Shown here one piece after another: positions 1 to 11,997 of a stretch of 64,000 nucleotides of DNA (the first letter of the stretch is position 1; every line of letters begins with the position of its first letter). Both the position numbers and the translations under genes were made by a program. Below the pieces are notes generated by a model, which worked only from the letters and a program-made list of their open reading frames with translations, was not told the origin of the DNA and did no database searches. The stretch is from Vulcanimicrobiota bacterium (GTDB lineage: Bacteria > Vulcanimicrobiota > Vulcanimicrobiia > Vulcanimicrobiales > Vulcanimicrobiaceae), in contig CAVRQT010000003.1 of assembly GCA_963723515.1 (NCBI GenBank), positions 768,001 through 832,000 on the forward strand. Reading direction: 5' to 3'.

Positions 1-388
1 GAACGCGATACTTGTTCGCTTGGCGCCAAACCGTTTCGGATTGCGGCTGCACGGCGGCCACAGAATCGAAGAGGGCGACCAGGCCGTCGAGGACACGAAG
101 CGACCGCTCGACCTCGACCGTGAAGTCCACGTGGCCAGGCGTATCGATGATGTTAATGCGCGTGTCTTTCCAAGTGCAGGCGGTCGCAGCCGAGGTTATC
201 GTGATGCCGCGCTCCTGCTCTTGCGGCATCCAGTCCATCGTAGCCGCGCCTTCATGCACCTCACCCAGCTTATGTGTGCGGCCGGTGTAGAAAAGGATCC
301 GCTCCGTCGCCGTCGTTTTGCCGGCGTCGATGTGGGCAGCGATTCCAATGTTGCGCGTTGCCGCTAGCGAGAAATCTCGTTTGGCCAT
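1..388 (-). CDS. fusA: Elongation factor G, N-terminal part (runs off window)
   Basis: Manual translation [36 protein letters not shown]...[12 protein letters not shown]...[23 protein letters not shown]; follows rpsG. Confidence 0.97.
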   Translation of the reverse strand, partial: MAKRDFSLAATRNIGIAAHIDAGKTTATERILFYTGRTHKLGEVHEGAATMDWMPQEQERGITITSAATACTWKDTRINIIDTPGHVDFTVEVERSLRVLDGLVALFDSVAAVQPQSETVWRQANKYRV

Positions 389-409
389 GTTCTAAAAGTG
401 GGGCGGCGC

Positions 410-880
410 CTACCAGCGGTAATGCGCGAAGGCCTTATTCGCCTCGGCCATCTTATGCGTGTCTTCGCGCTTCTTGATCGTCGCGCCGAGGTTGTTGGCC
501 GCGTCCATCAGCTCCTCAGCAAGCTTCTCTTGCATCGAATGGCCGGGACGCTTGCGCGCAAACTGAATCAGCCAGCGCATCGCCATCGCCTGGCGCCGAT
601 CCGGCCGGACTTCCATTGGGACCTGATAGGTGGCGCCGCCGACTCGTCGTGGACGCACCTCGACCAGCGGCATCGCGTTCGAAAGCGCCTGCGAGAAGAT
701 GTCCATCGGATCGCGGCCCAGCTTCTCCTCAACGATCTTGAGCGCGTCATAGCAAATCGACTCCGCGACGGACTTCTTGCCGCAGAGCATGACCTTATTA
801 ATGAAGCGCGACAGTACTTTTGAATTGTACTTTGGATCCGGGAGAATCTGGCGCTTGGCAGCCGGTCCCTTACGAGGCAA
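410..880 (-). CDS. rpsG: 30S ribosomal protein S7
   Basis: MPRKG...[11 protein letters not shown]...[18 protein letters not shown] start. Confidence 0.99.
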   Translation of the reverse strand: MPRKGPAAKRQILPDPKYNSKVLSRFINKVMLCGKKSVAESICYDALKIVEEKLGRDPMDIFSQALSNAMPLVEVRPRRVGGATYQVPMEVRPDRRQAMAMRWLIQFARKRPGHSMQEKLAEELMDAANNLGATIKKREDTHKMAEANKAFAHYRW

Positions 881-900
881 TCTCTACTCCTAAATCTTTC

Positions 901-1338
901 TTATTTCTTTATGCGCTTGGCGCCGTATTTCGAGCGGCCCTGTTTGCGATTCGCCGCACCCGAAGTGTCGAGCGTACCGCGGATGATGTGGTATCGCACG
1001 CCGGGCAAATCTTTCACGCGGCCGCCCCTGATGAGAACGACGGAGTGCTCCTGAAGGTTGTGGCCGATGCCCGGAATATAGGCGGTGACCTCTTCGCCGT
1101 TGGTTAACCGCACGCGGGCGACTTTACGCAGCGCCGAGTTCGGCTTCTTTGGCGTGATCGTCTTAACTTGCGTGCAGACGCCGCGGCGCTGCGGGTTGCC
1201 CGCAACTTCAAAAGACCGCAATGGCAAGTCGGGATGGCCCGGCTTCGGCCCTGTCTGGACCACGCGGAAAGCCGGCGTCTTGACCTTCTTTTGGACCTTT
1301 TCGCGGCCTTTACGGACCAACTGACTAATCGTCGGCAA
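901..1338 (-). CDS. rpsL: 30S ribosomal protein S12 (with N-terminal loop insertion)
   Basis: [29 protein letters not shown] motifs; TTG start. Confidence 0.99.
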   Translation of the reverse strand: MPTISQLVRKGREKVQKKVKTPAFRVVQTGPKPGHPDLPLRSFEVAGNPQRRGVCTQVKTITPKKPNSALRKVARVRLTNGEEVTAYIPGIGHNLQEHSVVLIRGGRVKDLPGVRYHIIRGTLDTSGAANRKQGRSKYGAKRIKK

Positions 1339-1412
1339 CGATCTTCCTTCTCAATAACGGCTAAGGGCACACACAAATTCGGCCGCACCGCGAGGTGGGC
1401 CGGAACCACGGC

Positions 1413-1441
1413 ATTATAACAAGCGGCGCACGGAGCGTCAA
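1413..1441 (-). promoter_or_regulatory. sigma70-type promoter of the str operon
   Basis: Minus strand TTGACG-17 nt-TATAAT with TG extension, about 75 nt upstream of rpsL. Confidence 0.8.
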
Positions 1442-1566
1442 ACCGCGGTCAAACGGTCGCTTTGGGACGCCTTATTATAAGGAAGGCACGCGACAATAAC
1501 CCTAGGCGCCGAAAGAGGAAGCACAGAAAGTGGGTTGCTCGCTTCGGACACGAAGGCATCGTCGTC

Positions 1567-4282
1567 ATGGTGGGTGATGCGCCGCCCAGCGGGACGCTGA
1601 CATTTCTCTTCACCGACATCGAAGGCAGCACGCGTTCGTGGGAGCGCGACGCGAAGCCGCATGTCCGACATCTTGAGCCGGCACAACACGGTTTTGCGCG
1701 ACGCGATCGAAGGCGCGGGCGGCGTTGTCTTTAAGACGGTCGGCGACGCGTTTTGCGCCGCTTTCGCAACGCCGGACCGCGCGCTCAATGCAGCCATTGC
1801 AGCGCAGCGTCAGTTGATTCCGGTGGTCCCGGTGCGAATGGCGTTGCACAGCGGCACGGCGGTTGAGCGTGACGGCGACTACTTCGGCCCAACGCTCAAT
1901 CGCGTCGCCCGTCTTATGGACCTCGCCCACGGTCGCCAAATTCTGCTCTCCGGAGTGACCGCAGCAATTGTGAGAGATGGCCTTTCGGGCACGCAACTGC
2001 GCGATCTCGGCATGCATCGCTTGCGCGATTTGAGCGAACCGGAACGCGTCTTTCAAGCGACAACCGACGATCTGCCGGCGGATTTCCCGCCGTTGCCCTC
2101 CGCTTGACCTGCGACCGCATAACCTGCCCGCACAACTGACGACCTTCGTTGGGCGGGAGGAAGAGTTGCGCGAGCTCAACGCGGCGCTTCGCGCGACGCG
2201 ACTCTTGACGCTCACAGGGCCCGGCGGCATCGGCAAGACTCGACTCGCGCTTGAGGTCGGATCACATGCGCTTGAACAATTTACGCATGGCGTCTGGTTC
2301 ATCGATCTCTCCACAATTCGCGAGGGGGCACGAATACCGGAGACGATTGCCGCGGCGCTTTCGCTGCAAGAGCAGAGCGATCGTTCGCATTGGGATGTCG
2401 CGATCGCATATTTGCGGGAGAAGCAACTTTTGCTCATCCTCGACAACTGCGAACATCTCGTAGACGATTGCGCGCGGCGTGCAAGTGAGATTCTTCAGAA
2501 TGCCGAGGCGGTTCAAGTTCTAGCGACCAGCAGAGAACCGCTCAGCGTTCCCGGCGAGCGGCTTTGGGTTGTGCCGTCGCTGCTTGATGCGCATAGCGCG
2601 GAGGAACGTGCGGATAATCCCGCTGTCAGACTCTTCATCGATCGCGCAATGCTCACCGGCAGCCAACTGGAGCTTACTGACGCTGCACTTGAGACGATTG
2701 CGGAGATTTGTCGCTGTCTTGACGGCATACCACTCGCGCTCGAGCTTGCGGCCTCACGTGCGCAATCGCTGACGCTCGAGGAGATCCTGGGCCACTTGAG
2801 CGATCGTTTTCGATTCTTGGCCTCAGGCGATCGGACGCGGATGCCGCGCCAGAAAACGCTGCGCGGGGCCATCGATTGGAGCTACGATCTGCTGGAAGCG
2901 CGCGATCGTGCGATCTTTGCACGCAGCGCTGTCTTTACCGGAGAATTTAGCCTCGCCGCAGCGGAGGCGATTTGCGCAGACGACGCTATTGCGCAGCATC
3001 GACGTCCTCGATGGCATCTCCGCGCTTGTCACCAAATCATTTCGTCGTGCGGCACGAGCGTGAGCGTGCATCACGCTATCGGCTCCTTGAAACAATGCGC
3101 GAATACGCCCATGAGAAGCTCTCGACGCAGGCCGAAGTCGAGGACGCACGCCGGCGACATTTTGACTTTTATCTGGTGCATGCGAAGCAGCTCGATCGCG
3201 AATTCAGCGCTCGACCGGCCGAAACGCTGCGAGCATTTGATGCTGATTATGAAAACATGCGCGCTGCGTTGGCGTGGGGCTTTGAAGCGTCGTTCGATCA
3301 TAACTGCTTACTGCAACTCGCGACGGCGCTTTCGCGCTACTGGGAAGTCCGTGCCCACGTGAACGAAGGGGGGCTGTGGTTTAAACGCTTACTTCATGGC
3401 TTGGATTCGGTTGAGGCAGACCCGGCTGTTGCCACCGCGTTTGCCAGAGCCGGCCGCATTGCAGGGATGGAAGGCGACTATCGCACTGCAATCGGCAAGG
3501 GCAGGGTGGCGCTTCGCATGCGACGAGCGCTCAACGATGAAGCAGACATCGCTGAATCGCTGAACAACCTAGGCGCCGCGCTAAACGATGCGGGCCGCAG
3601 TAAGCAGGCCGCTGTTCTCATGCGCGAGGCCCTCAAACTCTTTCGTAAGCAAGGCAACCGCAGCGCAGAAGCGCGCCTGCTGTGCAACCTGGGTCTTGCG
3701 GCGATGAATGGCGGCGACCAAAAAATGGCCCTGGAAAGACTTCGCGAGAGCTTGACGCTGAGCGAAGGGTTGAGCGATCTTCGAATGCGGGCGTTCGTTC
3801 TGGGTGCCTTGGGGACGGTTTCTCACCACACGGGCGCGGTCGCGGAATCGTTTGACTACAATTCGCGCAGCCTGGAGATCGTGAGATCGCTAGGCGATTT
3901 CGTCGGTCAAGCGCGCGTTCTGAATAACCTTGCTGATGTGACCTTAGAGACGAACGACCTTCCTGCGGCGCGCAGCCACATCATCGAATGTATCAGGATC
4001 TGTGAGCAGCGCGGTTTGCGTCATGAATATGCCGATGCGCTCGACAATCTCGCGGTTGCCGAACAGCGCTCGGGTCGTTCCGACCTCGCGGCGCAACTGA
4101 TCGGCGCAGCGGACGCAATTCGAACGGCTTCGCGCCAACCGCTTGCGCCGTACTTCGCGTTGCACCGCCAAAAAGTTATTGCGTCAGTCCAGCATACGCT
4201 CGGTACCGAAGGATTCGAACGGCAACGCCTCAGTGGCGAGCAGGCCGATCCGAAGCAGCTAAGTAGAGCGGCCCTCGGCTAG
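1567..4282 (+). CDS. Class III adenylate/guanylate cyclase + NB-ARC-like ATPase + TPR protein (3 apparent frameshifts)
   Basis: TFLFTDIEGST, KTVGDAF, DYFGPTLNRVARL; GPGGIGKTRL, LDNCEH, LDGIPLALELAA; TPR-like C-terminus; spread over ORFs 1462/1661/2166/2972. Confidence 0.88.
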
Positions 4283-4482
4283 CGGCCCTCGTTCTTTTTG
4301 CCGCGCACGTAGTTCAGACAGTGCTGGAGCACTTCTTCGATACGATCCCAACTGTCGATCTTCGGAAAGCCTTCGATTTTTTCGTGCGTCGGGTTGTGCT
4401 GCGTGTAATCGTGAACCGAATCACCTAACTGGTTGACCATTCCACAAAACGTTTTGGGGTCCGGAATCGACGGATACGGCAT
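4279..4482 (-). CDS. Small hypothetical protein (67 aa)
   Basis: ATG preceded by GGAAGGA; fills the intergenic gap; protein-like composition. Confidence 0.6.
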   Translation of the reverse strand: MPYPSIPDPKTFCGMVNQLGDSVHDYTQHNPTHEKIEGFPKIDSWDRIEEVLQHCLNYVRGKKNEGR

Positions 4483-4679
4483 TTGGTTTCATCCTTCCAT
4501 GAGAAGCACGATAGCAACGCGCTAACGAGCGACTCGCCTTAGGCACGACTCGAAGCCGTCCTTCCCGAACGGCGCTTCTTGATGGCCGGCAATCGCCTTG
4601 GCGTCCTCGATGGACTGCGCGTCATCTACGCCGTCGAGCGACCGCTCCTGCGGCTCAACGTTCCATCAGGAGCACGCGC

Positions 4680-5612
4680 ATGACGCGTCCGAAAGGAAGC
4701 GCGTCGCTCGCGTACGTTGGTCTGATCTACGTCGCAGCTGTTTGGGGCCTCAATACCGTCGCGGTGAAGCATGCCGTCAGCGAAATCAACCCGTTCGCGT
4801 TCACGGCGCTGCGTTTTATTCTCATGACGCCCTTGACGATCGCCTTAGCATTGATTGCCGGCGAGCGATTGCGCTTCGACCGCAGGGATTTGCTCATGCT
4901 GATCGCCTGCGGCGCTTCGGGATATGGGCTTTACCAGTATTTTTGGGTCCTCGGCCTCTACAACACGACGGCGTTTGCGTCATCGCTGCTGATCACGTTT
5001 ACGCCGATCATCACCTTAGGGATCGTCGCGGTGCTTCGAACGGAGCGCGTGCGGAGCATTCGCTGGCTCGGCGCACTTATTGCGCTACTCGGCATCGCGA
5101 TCTTTGAGGGAGCATTTTCGGGGGCCTTTGCGATCCGGTTAGGCGATACACTCACGCTGATCTCAGCAACGATCTTTGCAATCAACACGATTCTCTCCGC
5201 GCGTCTGCTCAACCGATACTCTCCATTGAAGTTGCTCGCAATCACGATGACAATCGGCTCGTGCATGATCATTCCCGGCATGCTGCCCGCACTGCTGCAC
5301 ACTGACTTGCGTAAGATACCGCCTCTCGACTGGGCAATCTATGGCTATTCCGTTCTCTTTCCGCTCGTGCTGACGTATCCGGTGTGGAGTTATGGCATCA
5401 CGCGAATCGGGGCGGCGCGCACGTCGCTCTTTCAATTCTTGGTGCCGATCATTGCCGGAGTTTTAAGCGTGCCGCTATTGCACGCGCGGATCGCGCCCTA
5501 TCAGATCGTTGGCGCTTTCGTCTGCATCGGCGGCATGGCCCTTGCGCAGGCGCTCGGCGGTTTTTCGCTCACGGCGTGGTGGCTGCAACGGACTTCGCCG
5601 GTCGAGCGATGA
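4680..5612 (+). CDS. EamA/DMT family transporter
   Basis: About 10 TM segments, WG.N, FTALRF, GDTLTLISA, IGAARTSLF motifs. Confidence 0.9.
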   Translation: MTRPKGSASLAYVGLIYVAAVWGLNTVAVKHAVSEINPFAFTALRFILMTPLTIALALIAGERLRFDRRDLLMLIACGASGYGLYQYFWVLGLYNTTAFASSLLITFTPIITLGIVAVLRTERVRSIRWLGALIALLGIAIFEGAFSGAFAIRLGDTLTLISATIFAINTILSARLLNRYSPLKLLAITMTIGSCMIIPGMLPALLHTDLRKIPPLDWAIYGYSVLFPLVLTYPVWSYGITRIGAARTSLFQFLVPIIAGVLSVPLLHARIAPYQIVGAFVCIGGMALAQALGGFSLTAWWLQRTSPVER

Positions 5613-5664
5613 TGAGAAATTTGCAAACAGGCACCGCGCTGAGCGAGAAGAACAACGCGGGCCA

Positions 5665-5859
5665 ATGAAGCGCCGCGTTTGGTATTGGCTCTTGCTTTTG
5701 CCGTTTGTGGCGACGCTTTTTCCGCCGTTCTACGCGCGCCACGATCCTGTCGTATTCGGCTTCCCGTTTTTCTACTGGTATCAACTCGTGTGGGTGGTGC
5801 TCGCCGCAGTCGTGGTGGGTATTGTCCTCATTGCGACCGGAGATCGAAGGGATGTCTAG
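5665..5859 (+). CDS. DUF3311 small membrane protein (SSS partner)
   Basis: MKRRVWYWLLLLPF...P.FGFPFFYWYQ; overlaps SSS start. Confidence 0.85.
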   Translation: MKRRVWYWLLLLPFVATLFPPFYARHDPVVFGFPFFYWYQLVWVVLAAVVVGIVLIATGDRRDV

Positions 5860-7345
5860 CGGCGCGATCATTTTTGTCGTGCTCATCGTGCTGGTTACCG
5901 TCATGGGGTTTGTCGCATCGCGCTGGCGATCGGGCAACCTTGGAAGACTCGAAGAATGGGCGCTGGGCGGCCGGAGTTTTGGAACGATCGTCAGCTGGTT
6001 TCTGCTCGGCGGCGACCTTTACACGGCCTACACGTTCATCGCCGTTCCGGCGCTTGTCTTTGGAGTGGGCGCGATCGGCTTTTTCGCGGTACCATACACG
6101 ACGATCGCCTATCCCTTTGTTTTCGTCGTCATGGCGCGCTTTTGGACCGTCGCCCGAAACCGCAATTATGTGACCGCCGCCGACTTCGTTCGCGATCGCT
6201 TCGGAGATCGATCGCTCGAGATCGCTGTTGCGTTGACTGGATTCGTCGCGGCGATGCCGTACATCGCGCTGCAGTTGCTCGGCATGCAAGTCGTCATGGC
6301 GCAATACATATCCGGGACGACGGCTGAAAACATTGCTTTGGTCATCGCATTCGCAATCTTGGCCGCCTACACGTACACCAGCGGCCTGCGGGCGCCCGCG
6401 CTGATCGCATTCGTAAAAGACACGCTGCTCTACGTCACCATCCTCGCCGCAATTATCTATATTCCGGGGAAGCTCGGCGGATGGGGCCATATCTTCACCG
6501 CCGCCGACGCCGCGTTAGGCACGCATAAACCGCCCGGGACCTTGATCTTGCCGCCGAAGTTGTACTTCGCCTATGCTTCGCTCGCATTCGGTTCGGCGAT
6601 GTCGCTCTTCATCTATCCTCACTCCATCACGAGCTTGCTCAGCGCCAAGAGCCGCCTCGTCATCCAACGCAACTCGGCATTGCTGCCGCTGTACTCGATA
6701 CTTTTAGCACTGCTGGCTTTGCTCGGCTACTGCGCCTTAGCAGCGCACATTCATACGAAGGATGCAAATTACGCGATACCATTGCTCTTCGGCTTCTTCC
6801 CGGATTGGTTCCGCGGGATGGCCTATGCTGCTATCGTGATCGGCGCGCTCGTGCCGGCAGCGATCATGGCGATCGGATCGGCGAACCTCTTCGCAAGCAA
6901 CGTCTTTCAAGAATTCGTTCGGGAACGGACGCGCACGCAAACGCACTACGCAAAGTTACTCTGCTTGGCCGTTTGCGCCGCGGCGCTGCTGATCAAGCTG
7001 TATCTGCCGGTCCAATATGCAATCTATTTCCAATTGCTGGGCGGCAGTTTGATGCTGCAAGCCTTTCCCGCGACGGTGCTCGGGCTCTACACGCGGTGGT
7101 TTCATCCGAAGGCGCTGCTCATCGGTTGGGCTGCCGGCATCATCGCCAGTGTGCTGATGGCGAAAGCCGCGAACTTTCAAGCGATTTTCGCGCTTCCAAT
7201 CGGCGCGGGCCACGCGTTGCCCGGTTACATCGCCCTCTATGCGTTGGTGGTCAATCTGATCGTCGCGGTTACAATGACGCTCGTCTTCCATGCGACGGGC
7301 CTTAAAGCCGGCGCCGATCTTACCGTCGCGGCGGACTACGCATGA
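5852..7345 (+). CDS. Sodium:solute symporter (MctP-like monocarboxylate permease)
   Basis: EWALGGRSFG, GGDLYTAYTF, TAADFVRDRF, YTYTSGLRA. Confidence 0.9.
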   Translation: MSSGAIIFVVLIVLVTVMGFVASRWRSGNLGRLEEWALGGRSFGTIVSWFLLGGDLYTAYTFIAVPALVFGVGAIGFFAVPYTTIAYPFVFVVMARFWTVARNRNYVTAADFVRDRFGDRSLEIAVALTGFVAAMPYIALQLLGMQVVMAQYISGTTAENIALVIAFAILAAYTYTSGLRAPALIAFVKDTLLYVTILAAIIYIPGKLGGWGHIFTAADAALGTHKPPGTLILPPKLYFAYASLAFGSAMSLFIYPHSITSLLSAKSRLVIQRNSALLPLYSILLALLALLGYCALAAHIHTKDANYAIPLLFGFFPDWFRGMAYAAIVIGALVPAAIMAIGSANLFASNVFQEFVRERTRTQTHYAKLLCLAVCAAALLIKLYLPVQYAIYFQLLGGSLMLQAFPATVLGLYTRWFHPKALLIGWAAGIIASVLMAKAANFQAIFALPIGAGHALPGYIALYALVVNLIVAVTMTLVFHATGLKAGADLTVAADYA

Positions 7346-7746
7346 GTCATATATTGCAACCTTCGGGCTGGATTCGTCCCACCGGCTATGCACACGGTAT
7401 CGTCGCGGAGGGCCGTTACGTTGCCATTGCGGGACAAATCGGCTGGAACGAGCGCGAGGAATTGCTCAGCGATGACTTCGTCGAACAGGCCGCGCAGGCG
7501 CTTCGCAACATCGTTGCAATCCTGGCCGAGGCCGGCGCATTGCCGCCTCATCTCGTCCGCCTGACCTGGTACGTGCGCGACAAGAACGACTTTCGCGCCG
7601 GCGCGAAGCGTTTAGGAATTGCATATCGCCAAATCATCGGCGCACATTACCCCGCCATGACGCTGGTCGAAGCCGGCTTACTCGAAGAGCGCGCCAAGGT
7701 TGAAATCGAAGCCACCGCCGTCGTCCCGCTCAACGAAAATCGATGA
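7342..7746 (+). CDS. RidA/YjgF family protein (type found in abm clusters)
   Basis: GYAHG, AGQIGW, YPAMTLVE, KVEIEATA. Confidence 0.9.
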   Translation: MSHILQPSGWIRPTGYAHGIVAEGRYVAIAGQIGWNEREELLSDDFVEQAAQALRNIVAILAEAGALPPHLVRLTWYVRDKNDFRAGAKRLGIAYRQIIGAHYPAMTLVEAGLLEERAKVEIEATAVVPLNENR

Positions 7747-8142
7747 TCACATTGCGCTGAGTCGTTTCACCCGGCGTATTACGCGCCACGATCTCAATGG
7801 TGTACGGCCGGCGATAGATGACCGGCAGATCGAGCGCATGAAAATGGAACGCGAACTCACCCGGCGCCTTACGTGGCACACTAAAGGCGAAAAAGGGCCA
7901 GCGAACTTCAACGCTCGCGACGTTTGTTGAGGTGACGATCCGTCCGCTCCACCAGGACCCCGGCGCTACATGCGCCGGCGCTAAGATCGAGGGCCAGAAT
8001 TTCCGGTGATGCATTCGTCTGGGCGAATCGTGGCGTCGGCCACACTCGCGGGGAGAGGATCGCGTGGCTCGTTTCTTGATGCTGCGCACACGCCTGCAAC
8101 CCGATCGATGCCGCAACTGAAGCCAACGACGAATGCGCGCAT
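7730..8142 (-). CDS. Putative lipoprotein, beta-rich, paralog of 12785-13231 (frameshifted)
   Basis: Lipobox-like LQA-C in ORF 7908-8126; TNVASVEVR and YT...ARNT.G shared with 12785-13231. Confidence 0.65.
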
Positions 8143-8185
8143 TAGCGACACAGGTTGGCATCGCATCGGTTCGAATCCCTGCGCG

Positions 8186-9232
8186 GTGAGGCAGCGCAGC
8201 ATCGCCTTCGATTGGACGATGGCGGTCGGCGGATTGTGGCTGATCGGCGGCCTTTTTACCGATCTGGGATGGCACATTCGGGAAGACGTCGATTCATTCT
8301 TGACCGGCGCGCACGCGATGCTCTACAGCGGCCTGATCATCTTGTTCATCGCCGCGGGCGCCATGGCAATTCGTGGCGTTCGCTTAGGCCTTCCGCTGCG
8401 GCGCGCGATGCCGCCGGGATACGACCTGGTGTTGCCGGGCTTGGCGATCTTCTTGCTCGGCGGCGCGCTCGACGCAATTGGCCACTACCTGTACGGTTTC
8501 GAAGCGGGCTTCTTGGCGCTCTTGAGTCCGACGCATCAATTGATCGGTTTGGGACTTATTCTCGTGCTCACGAGCCCGATTCGCGCCGCGATCGTTGCCT
8601 CGCCCCGTCCAATCAAATTCATCGATCAACTTCCGGCCATCATCGCCGCCGCATCATTCCTTGAACTGATCCACTGGGGAACAAACTACATTTTTCCGAG
8701 CGGCGCAGAACAACGGCTTGGGCCGGTACATCTTCCGGCCGCGAGCACCGAAGCGTTAACCGCTCAGACCCTCGCCTTCAGCCATCAAGCCGGCGGGTTA
8801 ACCTCATTCGTCTTGCAGAGCTTGGTGCTCGTCGGCATAACACTCTATCTCGTTCGGAATTTCTTGTTGCGGCCGGGTTCGTTGACCTTGCTCTATTTGC
8901 TCGGCAACGGGTTCATCGCAATTGCGCTCGCGACGACGTGGCCGCAAGCGCTGGGGCCGATTGTCGCGAGCGTTGTAGCGGGCATCGTTGCGGATTGTTT
9001 TCTGCTCAGCGGTGCATCGCTACGCGCCAATCGTCTGCGCTACGGTGCGTTTGCTTTCATCGTTCCGGTCGTGTACCACGCCACATTGCTACTGTACGTG
9101 ATCGCGTTGCTCGGCGGAACGTGGTGGCATCCGATATTCGCGCTCGGTGCCTTGCTCTATACGGGAATTTTCGGCTTCTTGCTGAGCTTGGCCGCATTTC
9201 CGCAAGCCGAAGTCTCCACGCCATCGGCGTGA
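8186..9232 (+). CDS. Polytopic membrane protein with two D-x3-H...H motifs (PmoC/AmoC-like)
   Basis: DLGWHIREDVDSFLTGAH and DAIGHYLYGFEAGFLALLSPTH; GTG start inferred from the paralog. Confidence 0.7.
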   Translation: MRQRSIAFDWTMAVGGLWLIGGLFTDLGWHIREDVDSFLTGAHAMLYSGLIILFIAAGAMAIRGVRLGLPLRRAMPPGYDLVLPGLAIFLLGGALDAIGHYLYGFEAGFLALLSPTHQLIGLGLILVLTSPIRAAIVASPRPIKFIDQLPAIIAAASFLELIHWGTNYIFPSGAEQRLGPVHLPAASTEALTAQTLAFSHQAGGLTSFVLQSLVLVGITLYLVRNFLLRPGSLTLLYLLGNGFIAIALATTWPQALGPIVASVVAGIVADCFLLSGASLRANRLRYGAFAFIVPVVYHATLLLYVIALLGGTWWHPIFALGALLYTGIFGFLLSLAAFPQAEVSTPSA

Positions 9233-9234
9233 GC

Positions 9235-10860
9235 CTAAACTTGCGCCTGCTCTCGCAACACGTAGCGCTGAAGTTTTCCCGTCTCGGTCCTCGGCAGTGT
9301 GTCTACGAATTCAATTGCGCGCGGCGCTTTATACGGAGCAATCTTCGCTTTGACGAATTCTTGCAGCGCCGTGACCTCTGCTTCGCTGCTCGCGCAACCG
9401 GCATTGAGAACGACGAACGCTTTCACGATATTTGTGTGACGCTCAGGGTCGGGTGCCGCGACCACGGCGCACTCTTTGACGTCGGCATGGCTAAGGAGCG
9501 CTTCCTCAACCTCAGGTCCCGAGATGTTGTAGCCCGATGCGATGATCATGTCGTCTGAACGAGCGACGTACCAGAAGTAGCCGTCTTCATCCATCCGGTA
9601 AGTGTCTCCGGGAAAATTCCAACCGCCTTGCACGTATTGTATCTGACGCGGATCGTCGAGATAGCGGCAGCCGGTCGGACCGCGAACAGCGAGGCGGCCA
9701 ATCGTTCCTGGCGCTACCGTTTGGCCGCCTTCGTCAACAATGCGTGCCTCGTATCCCGCGACGACTTGCCCGGTTGAGCCGGGACGGATCCTCTCTTCAG
9801 GCGATCCGATGAAGATGTGCAGCATTTCAGTGGCGCCGATTCCATCAATGATCTTCAGGCCCGTTTTTTCGAACCAGGCTTGCCATGTCGGCAAAGGCAA
9901 CGTCTCGCCGGCCGAAACGCACTTGCGCAATGGCCCTGACGCGTAAGGCTCGATCAGTCCGGCCATCGCGCGGTACGCGATCGGTGCGGTAAAAACGACG
10001 GTCGCTTGATACTCTTGAATCGCATCCAAGAGCACCTCGGGCGAAGGTTTTTCTAAGAGCAGCGTCGCCGCGCCGATGTCGAGCGGAAAGAGCAGCAAGC
10101 CGCCCAACCCAAATGTAAAACCGAGCGGCGGGCTGCCGCAAAATACGTCGTCTTCCGACGCCTTGAGCACTGATTTCGGAAATGCATCGCAGATGGCGAG
10201 GACGTCGCGATGAAAATGCATCGTCGCCTTCGCTTTGCCGGTCGTTCCCGAAGTAAAGCCAATCAGTGCAACGTCCTCGGCCGCAGTCTCGACGTTCTCA
10301 AACATCCGCGGCTTGCCCGAGAGGCGTGCCTCCAGAGCGTTGGGTTGCGAACCACCGAAGGTGAGGGTTGCAACTCGACCGGTTCTCCCACAAGCGGCTT
10401 CAAGGTCGTCGATGAAGCGCTCGTCGCATAACGCATGCTGAATGCGCGCCTTCTCGATCATGTACTCGAGCTCAGACGCGCGGTACAGCGGCATCGTCGT
10501 AACGGCAACAGCGCCGGCTTTCATGACCGCAAACCAACATGCAGCGAGCATAGGCGAATTCGGCCCACGCAATAAGACGCGGTTGCCGGGTCGCACGCCA
10601 AGATCCTCAACCAGCACATGCGCGACCTGATTTGCCTTCTCAAAGAGATCGGCGTAGGTCCACGACTCCTTTGGGGAGAGCAAGCATTGCTTTCGTGCCC
10701 GCCCGCCGGCGATATGACGGTCAAGTAGGCGTGATGCGCAGTTCATGCGCTCCGGATATTGGAACTCGGGCCGCGTGAAGATCAAGTCGGGCCATTCCGA
10801 TCGCGGCGGCAGATGATCGCGCGTAAAGGTGTCGAGGTGACCGGTATACGCTGCCCTCAT
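9235..10860 (-). CDS. 2-aminobenzoate/benzoate-CoA ligase (AbmG-like)
   Basis: [13 protein letters not shown]-binding motif, [24 protein letters not shown]. Confidence 0.88.
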   Translation of the reverse strand: MRAAYTGHLDTFTRDHLPPRSEWPDLIFTRPEFQYPERMNCASRLLDRHIAGGRARKQCLLSPKESWTYADLFEKANQVAHVLVEDLGVRPGNRVLLRGPNSPMLAACWFAVMKAGAVAVTTMPLYRASELEYMIEKARIQHALCDERFIDDLEAACGRTGRVATLTFGGSQPNALEARLSGKPRMFENVETAAEDVALIGFTSGTTGKAKATMHFHRDVLAICDAFPKSVLKASEDDVFCGSPPLGFTFGLGGLLLFPLDIGAATLLLEKPSPEVLLDAIQEYQATVVFTAPIAYRAMAGLIEPYASGPLRKCVSAGETLPLPTWQAWFEKTGLKIIDGIGATEMLHIFIGSPEERIRPGSTGQVVAGYEARIVDEGGQTVAPGTIGRLAVRGPTGCRYLDDPRQIQYVQGGWNFPGDTYRMDEDGYFWYVARSDDMIIASGYNISGPEVEEALLSHADVKECAVVAAPDPERHTNIVKAFVVLNAGCASSEAEVTALQEFVKAKIAPYKAPRAIEFVDTLPRTETGKLQRYVLREQAQV

Positions 10861-11997
10861 TTTGGATGCAGGACTTGGCGAGCGATGATCAGCTGTTGAA
10901 TCTCGCTGGCGCCTTCGTAGATCCGTAAAGCGCGAATCTGGCGGTAAAGCCTTTCCACGACCTCGCCGTGAGTTACGCCTCGCCCGCCAAAGAGCTGCAC
11001 CGCCGAATCGATGACGCGCTGCGCCGCTTCAGTAGAAAACCACTTTGCCATCGCGGATTCGGCGGTGACCCGCGGCTTGCCGCGGTCTTTCTCATACGCC
11101 GCACGATACACGAGCAAAGCGGACGCGTCGATATCGGTTGCCATCGAGGCGACGCGTGCCTGCGTCAACTGCAAAGCGCCAAGAGGGGCGCCAAAGACCT
11201 CTCTCGTTTGCACGTGCGCAACCGTTTCCTCAAATGCGCGTCTAGCAAAACCTAGCGCGGCCGCACCGACGGTGGACCGGAAGAAATCCAAGGTTGCCAT
11301 TGCGATTTTGAAGCCCTCGCCCTCGGCGCCGACACGACGATCTTCCTTTATTATGCAGTCCCGAAAGCGCACGGTCGCCAGCGGATGCGGCGAGAGCACG
11401 TCGATTCGCTCCACAATCTCCAGACCGGCAGTCTCTGCATCAACGACGAAGGCTGAGATGCCTCGTGAGCCTGCTTCTCCGGTACGAGCGAAGACCACAT
11501 AAAAATCGGCGATGCCGCCGTTTGAAATCCACGTCTTCTCTCCATCGATTGCATACCCAGCGTCGCTGCGCCGGGCAACTGTGCGCAGCGACGCAACATC
11601 CGAGCCGGCGTCTTTTTCGGAAAGCGCAAAGGCGGCAATCGCGTGACCGGCTGCAACTCGCGGCAAATAGCGCGAGCGAACGCGCCTCGCTGCCGAACAG
11701 CGTAATCGGTGCGCTGCCCAAACCTTGCATTGCGAAAGCAAAATCGGCAAGCCCGTCGTGGCGCGCGAGCGTCTCGCGTGCGAGGCATAACTTCCGCACG
11801 TTCAGCGGCCGCTCGACTGCGACGCGCAACCATCCCCCCTCAGCAAGCCGTGCGACCCATGTGCGGCACGCGACATCTACGTTGGAATCATCGACGCGCT
11901 GCGTTGCCAGCCAGCGCGAAAGTTCGCGGGCAAATTGACGGTGTGCGACTTCGAAAAACGGCCATTCTAAGGCGCTGCGCTCCTCGGACGTTGTCAG
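10857..11997 (-). CDS. Acyl-CoA dehydrogenase (frameshift near 11680)
   Basis: [45 protein letters not shown]; start uncertain (possible CTG). Confidence 0.87.

Noticed and set aside
12..1324. Plus-strand ORFs over fusA/rpsG/rpsL, and similar shadow ORFs throughout
   Set aside because: Antisense or alternate-frame shadows of well-supported genes in GC-rich DNA.
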